Shown: one piece after another, positions 58,480 to 64,000 of the stretch
How positions within the stretch are numbered: the stretch's first letter is position 1
How the letters are laid out: each line of letters starts with the position of its first letter
Source of the DNA: Azolla caroliniana
Lineage: Eukaryota; Plantae; Polypodiophyta
NCBI GenBank assembly: GCA_043228905.1
Contig: JBHGNT010000013.1
Location: 18,972,001 to 19,036,000, forward strand
DNA length: 64,000 nt
Direction: 5' to 3'
The notes under the pieces: generated by a model
What the model was told of the DNA's origin: nothing
Database searches by the model: none
The model's input: the letters and a program-made list of their open reading frames with translations, nothing else
Position numbers and translations under genes: made by a program

Positions 58480-60960
58480 CAAGTTGGAGGAATTTGGACA
58501 GGGGATGATGCATCTCATTCCTAAAAGTGGTGGGAGTGCTAACAACATTAGTAAGTGGCAGCCCATAACTCTTCTTAATATTGTCTATAAGTTGCTCGCA
58601 AAAATTGTGGCACACCGCTTAGCACCACTTCTCCCTCAACTCATTCATCCGTTCCAAACAAGGTTTATTTGAAATCGAAGCATCCTAGACAACCTTTTTT
58701 CATTCTGGGAAGCAATAGCCCTTGCCAAGCATATCAACAACAAGGTAGCTGGGGTGCTTCTAGATTTTGAGAAAGCATATGATAGGGTATGCTGGAAATC
58801 TCTAGAAAGTGTGATGGGGAAACTCGGTTTTCAAAGTCATGGATGAAAGGATGTCATCAAGACTTTATAGGAACGCCATCAATTGTGTTTCATTAGCAAG
58901 TGAAAGGGGCCCCTTTCGAATATCACGATATGTACGATAGGGATACCCACTGGCTCCATCCTTATTTCTATTATACGCCGATGCACTCTCCAACCTTCTT
59001 AACTCGTGGCATCTAAACCGACATTGTCTTCCTGTGCTGCACTCTCACCAAAGCTTCCTTCCTAGATATAGAATTTGTAGATGACACCGCAGTCTACTTA
59101 CAAGGGGACTTGGAAAATCTACAGAAGCTAGAAAGTGGATTAGCTGTATTTTGCAAGAGATCAAACACCATGATCAATTGGCACAAATCTTGTGCAATAT
59201 GGCTTTCTCATGAAGCACATCCTACATGGCACCCACATCCTGCTTTCAAGTGGATCAATCAGGAAGCGAGCACCAAATATTTTGGTTTCCAAATTGGATT
59301 TGGCATTCCTCCGGAGACTATGATTGCACTAGTTATTCACTCCATTTGACAAAAGTTGATACATTGAGCTCGAAAAAACTCTCGCCAACTAGTTGCATCA
59401 TAGTGGCAAACCAAGTATTACTCGCAACAACATGGTACAACCTATCATGACAATATCCAAGGAAAATATACACAAGTTTCAACGATTGGTACGCAACTAC
59501 AAATTTTGGTCTGGTAAGGAAGATCACACAGCCCGGGCCAAGGCGGTGTGGCGATACTCACATCACCTAAGTCAAGAGGAGGATTGGGTTTGATTGATTC
59601 CCTCTCACAATCCAAAGCCCTACTTGCCAAATTTGTGGTGTGAGGACTCCAACTAGGGGATGGTTGCTGGAAAATACTATTGAGGTTAAGTTTCGCTTAC
59701 TTTAGGCCACAAAAAGGGGCCAATTGGACCCCTCAAATGGGATGGATTCTAAACATGGATCTCAAACCTAGTTTCTCATGCCAATTGGAGGATATATTCA
59801 GTGCATTCATGTGGAAGGTGTAGTGTGACATTAGAAAAGGGCTCAAGTACAATCAACCTAATTCCGAACCTGCCTGGCTTAGTGAACGCATCCTATGTAA
59901 CTCATGTATCAGAGATGAATTTGATCAACTAATTGGCTCAAGTAAGGGGTTGTAATGGGGATACATTGTAGAAGGTCCAGGAAAGAGTATAGAATGTTGG
60001 AGACGGCTTATGTCATTGCAAATACAAGATCAAGCCAACATACTCCATGGAATCAAGGGCGGGTGGGCTGTGAGATCTGAAATCATTAACGCTCTATTGC
60101 TTAGGGAAGATGCTAAGGATGGCAATGGAGAAGTGGATAGGCTACGAGGGAGAGGGCTCTTTGATCCCAAGAGGTAAGAAACCACCGGACATGATCGAAG
60201 GCCATGAATTGTGAGACAATGGCGCACTAACATTGAATACAACAATTTGAGTACTCACATATACTGGTCATAAATGGATTATAGATCCCGATCCAATCAA
60301 AGTACAACCAGAATGGCACATATGTACTCATGAGAAGACATGGTTGTGTAAGGTCGGTTGGGAACCTTTGCAATGGACGTGGTGCGATCCTTACACGAGT
60401 CAAGGAAGCAAAGCCATACCTTTCTTCCAATTCACAACTCGAATGGGTCGCCACATTCTAGCCGCTCAAACTGCCTGAGAGCTGGCTACCGCAAAGCACA
60501 CATATAATGTTCGTCACACAATTATCACCAAGTTTTGGTAGAAAATTTGGAATCAACATCACGAGAGGTGAATTACCACGTTCCAATGACTATTAATACA
60601 TAAGGCACTACTAGTTGGAGTGTGGCAGCGTGGGAACCTTAGCTCTCCTAATTGTGTAGCGTGCCCAAATGCAACAAAATCAATCCGACACGCTCTGTGG
60701 GAATGCCCAGAGACCCATCGAATATGGCGCGTCGTTGGCCGCCTATTGCAATTATGCCAGGTGCAAGGCACAATCAAGTGGGGAAATGTATGTTGGTTAT
60801 TATGGCAAGCCCTAGTTGGCAGGTACGAGCATCAGGAGGAGGGGATGATTTTGGTGATAAAACCACAAGAGGTTCTTTTTTCCACCATTGATAATATCCA
60901 CTCAACTCCAATTACTGTCAAATCTCAAGTTGTGTTGGAATTGTCAGCACAATAACTCTT
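58480..60960 (+). mobile_element. Degenerate L1/Tx1-type LINE ORF2 (RT and zf-RVT)
   Basis: LIPKSGG...KWQPITLLNIVYKLLAK...QTRFI, LLDFEKAYDRV, GYPLAPSLF, FVDDT, INWHKS, GGLGLID and CVACPNATKSIRHALWEC, with many stops and frameshifts. Confidence 0.88.
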
Positions 60961-62817
60961 TGATCTCTATGCAAACAAACGATGTAGACGCCTCAAGGGT
61001 GGCTAATATCCATGATATGTATTTCATTTACGTATAACGTGGAAAGGGACAATTACCTTATTTTGACCAAATGATATGAATGCTTAGTTCAACATTGAAT
61101 TTTGCACAGAGGGTCTTCAAATATTCAAAAGTGTCTTTTAAATATCCTTTTGTGTAGCCTATTTATGGGTGTTGAAGTTGAACCATGGATATTGGTTTCA
61201 AATCTAATGTATGGAAGGTTATATTGTGCATGTTTGATGACATGTTAGGTGTAGAAAGGTTAGGTGTTTTATGGAGAGCCAAAGGTCTCACAATACTAAA
61301 TCCAATACATCCTCCATTAGGTTAAGACCACCCAACTTCCAAGGGAGATACTAGTTGTCCTTTGTTTTGGGTAGACTTATTTTAACAAAAACTCTAGGAT
61401 TAGGGAGAAGGGTTACAATGATGATATTTGTTAAACAAGTTATGTGGTGTAGGGATGCCCACGTGCATGTACCTAAAGTTTAGTGACTAATTAAATAATC
61501 ATTTACCAATAAGAGACTATGCAATTAAGAAGACACATGCACGCCAATGTGTAAATGTAGTTGCCTAGGATGGTATAGTTGACTAAAACTAGTTGTAATT
61601 TGTACTAACCTACTTTTAGGATGAAATTCTTTGATTGGGGAGTCTAACAACTCCTATGATGTATGTTATGCGAAACCCTTTAAACATGCAAGTCATGGTA
61701 AAGTGAATGGCCATGTGCACATCGCTTAAGTTTAAGGATGGATTGACTAATCCTATGCTAATTGACAACAAGAAAATCAAGGGCTACGTGTGCACATGAT
61801 ATGTATGAACTCGACCTAGCTTTGTGGATGTATATAATATGAGGGCCCATGTTCAAGGTTTTATGGTTGACATGGGAAATTGAAAGTCAAAAGAATTCTC
61901 CAGAATACTGACAAGGCTATTGATATCCTAAAACATTATTGAACTTTAAACGTCTTACATGATAAAACATGGGTAGCTACCAATTAATTACACACTCTCT
62001 AAATATAGCTTGTATGCCATATGTTGCTTTCAAAGATAAACGCACTAGTTAATTAATTAGTTCATGAATGTAGTGCCCTCCTTATCTCTACTTAATAGTT
62101 CTTTAGAGAGTGTCATTATATTGGAGACTTAGTATTCTTTCCTAAAAATTAAGAGACTTAGACTTCGTTATTGAAAGACAATTTATTGCCTCAACGCAAA
62201 GATAATGGGTGAATGATTCTTCCTATTTTTAGGAGATCGATTAAGTTCTAAGTATATGCACATTATGACATTTGGCCCTGGAATTATGACTTTACATATT
62301 GCTTTCAGCAACATGATTGCCTTAAGGTAATGCTGGCAATTGTATGATTGCCTTTGTGTAATGCTAGAAAGGATTACAAATATAGTATTAAATTTCTAAC
62401 ATTACATGTCACATTAATAATTCCATCCGACCATTTGAATCAAAAAGTGCAAACATTTATTTTTATCTCTTACATGTGGAGCTTTCACCACGTAACACGA
62501 GAATCCTCTCGATAGGGAAATCCATTGGATTTCTATAGATGCATCATATTTTTATTTTTATTTTCCGAAAGAAGGGTGCTTCCCATTACTTAGGTAAAGT
62601 GTCTTTATAGAGTCCGATGTGTACTCCACTAATGTAATCATAGACACTCAACAATCCTCTCTGTTTATCAGTGAACTCCTCTAAAACCGATACTGATCAC
62701 GAACAACAAAAAGATATTATTGTAATCTTCATATATTCCAGGACCAACTATTTGTGTTGATCATCCTGTCACTTGCAAAATTTCAGAAAAATACCATGTA
62801 CCTTCCTGGTTGGGTTG

Positions 62818-63750
62818 TCAGGGCGGATATAGCCATTTAGGCATGGTGTAACACCACTTGGACACGTTGTTTACACAGTCCACCAAGGGTGAACCCGACC
62901 ATGATTGTTGAAAGGAAAGTCTCATAACTTCCATCGTGTATGAAGAGCCTTGTAGCTCTTCATATTGAGCTCCAATATATCTTACCAAATCATACCATAG
63001 AGGAGTGATAATCTCCCTTGGTTGACTTTCTTCTCCTGAGAGAGCTATGTATTCTAGTTGTTTACAGAAATTCATGACACCATGCATAGGTTAATATAAG
63101 ATTCAAGTGTGCCTAGATCTAGGATTCACTATATAATTCATGTTGCTAGCACATGAGGTGCACACAAGGGCATTCACCTATTATTTATGGTAGATCCATA
63201 TATGGAGGGATGCATATTTCTTTCAAGAGGATGGGTCGTGGGCTATGTTATATTTGTAGAGGGGTGCCCAAAACCATCTACCATACCTCAAATATAATTG
63301 GGAGGAGGATGTGTTAAAGAACGCAAAGTCAAGCTTTAAGAGAAGTCAAGCATAATGGAATTTGTATGATTAAATAGTATGCGTGGGGCCTCATGCGAAA
63401 ACACTAACACGCATTACATGTATGCTTTCAAGAGGCTCATGTGGGTTTTGAAATCGTCATTAGATTCCCATATGTACAAGGTTCTCGACCATTGGAGCCT
63501 TCGAACTTATTTTTTAACTAAAACATAAAACTACCCCAAGCTCACTATGATAAACGTCAAGATGCATGCTCTGCGTTATGGCTGTATTGTGGGCAAGGTT
63601 ATACATAACTTGATTGTTGTTCAAGGTACAAAATTCAATCACATCACGAAAGATGTATTTGTTATATCCAATGTTGAAGTCCAACATTTGTTCTAGAGCC
63701 GAAAAGGCAACATCATGCATCTCCAATGATAGCTTTATGTGTCATGTATC
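62818..63750 (-). mobile_element. Degenerate LINE ORF2 C-terminal remnant related to the element at 4616-5866
   Basis: LWYDLVRYIGAQYEELQG...SWSGSPLV...KWCYTMPKWLYPP parallels FWNLLVHTVKGEYDSYKG...VWSSIPIM...KWNYVPARWLFPP. The upstream boundary is approximate. Confidence 0.6.
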
Positions 63751-64000
63751 CTTTCAAGGTGATTGAACACAAAATCTAAATGTGCAATACCTTAATCAAC
63801 TTGAGAAAACTCCAAGGAAAAGGTATCCCTAATCATTTCATTGATTTGGTGTAATCTTATTGCTTTTGATGTTGCATTCATCGGTATTTTGCATGTTTGT
63901 AGTTAATTGCTAGTGAATTCATGCAACTTGCATCAACAAGTGACAATTGATGTGATGCCAAGACTTCTCAAGATTCTCATGGGAATGCCCGAAGATTAAT

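Overview
Eukaryotic plant nuclear DNA, most likely a seed-free vascular plant such as a fern. This is inferred from spliceosomal genes, many (AG)n/(TC)n microsatellites, a centriole/cilium-type LRRC45-like gene and a Penelope-like element. Six intron-containing genes can be built by hand: TKPR1-like reductase (9207-12180, -), xylulose kinase (20057-25942, +), Ca-binding mitochondrial ATP-Mg/Pi carrier (28895-31904, -), a divergent PSB33/TEF5/LIL8-like Rieske+LHC-motif protein (35744-37190, +), an LRRC45-like LRR/coiled-coil protein (38916-49486, -) and an ENODL/phytocyanin (55550-56347, +). Between them lie an apparently intact Ty1/copia 5' half nested in a related LTR, a solo LTR with a perfect 5-bp TSD, decayed gypsy and L1-type LINE pieces, an RTEX/L2-like LINE inside a (TC)n tract, and a ~1.6-kb inverted repeat of two Penelope-like RT fragments. 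There are no CRISPR arrays, rRNAs or intact tRNAs, and I found no clearly new multi-gene system. The best leads are the Penelope-like foldback, the LRRC45-like gene and the divergent PSB33-like gene. Family assignments come from motif recognition, not database searches.
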